This document shows, piece after piece, positions 63,892 to 64,000 of a stretch of 64,000 bases of DNA; the stretch's first letter is position 1; every line of letters starts with the position of its first letter. The notes beneath the pieces were generated by a model. That model ran no database searches, was not told the origin of the DNA, and was given only the letters and a program-made list of their open reading frames with translations. Origin of the DNA: Escherichia coli (GTDB taxonomy: Bacteria > Pseudomonadota > Gammaproteobacteria > Enterobacterales > Enterobacteriaceae); assembly GCF_017348835.2 (NCBI RefSeq), contig NZ_CP071375.1; one strand, given 5' to 3'. The translations under genes were made by a program, and so were the position numbers.

Positions 63892-64000
63892 ATGAAAAAA
63901 GATAACTATTCATTCAAACGAGCTTGTGCTGTTGTCGGTGGGCAATCAGCAATGGCTAGGCTTTTAGGTGTATCTCCTCCAAGCGTAAATCAATGGATCA
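63892..64000 (+). CDS. Cro-like / YdaS-like HTH protein (5' part only; truncated by window end)
   Basis: MKKDNYSFKRACAVVGGQSAMARLLGVSPPSVNQWI, HTH motif, GGAG Shine-Dalgarno about 9 nt upstream, divergent from the repressor. Confidence 0.6.
   Translation, partial: MKKDNYSFKRACAVVGGQSAMARLLGVSPPSVNQWI

Larger units (their letters stand above)
56970..64000. mobile_element. integrated lambdoid prophage, left (int-proximal) arm; continues beyond the window
   Basis: Loss of potB coding sequence followed by cargo genes, integrase, excisionase, exonuclease, dicB/DicF module, repressor and Cro-like gene in lambda-like order; left boundary approximate (within 56.94-57.05 kb). Confidence 0.8.

Overview
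Enterobacterial (Escherichia coli-type) chromosome: about 57 kb of conserved core genome followed by the left arm of an integrated lambdoid prophage that runs off the window end. Core, in order: rimJ-yceH-yceM-murJ; the flagellar cluster flgN-flgM-flgA (minus) and flgBCDEFGHIJ-flgKL (plus); rne; rluC; yceF; yceD-rpmF-plsX-fabH-fabD-fabG-acpP-fabF; pabC-mltG-tmk-holB-ycfH; ptsG; fhuE; hinT-ycfL-lpoB-thiK-nagZ-ycfP; ndh; ycfJ; comR; bhsA; ldtC; mfd; ycfT; lolCDE; nagK; cobB; potD-potC. Gene calls rest on the supplied six-frame translations, which I recognise as these proteins; no search was run. Several starts were moved to internal ATG/GTG/TTG codons by reading the nucleotide sequence. Immediately upstream of potC the expected potB gene is missing except for a short 3' remnant, and from about 56.97 kb onward the DNA is prophage: two small cargo genes, integrase, excisionase, an 823-aa exonuclease-domain protein, ydfD-like and dicB-like genes, a DicF-type sRNA, a DUF1391 gene, a repressor with recognisable PL-like and PR-like promoter/operator regions, and the start of a Cro-like gene. 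The prophage is a mosaic of familiar modules; I do not see a demonstrably new system. The least characterised part is the two-gene cassette between the junction and int. No rRNA, tRNA, CRISPR array or IS element was found.
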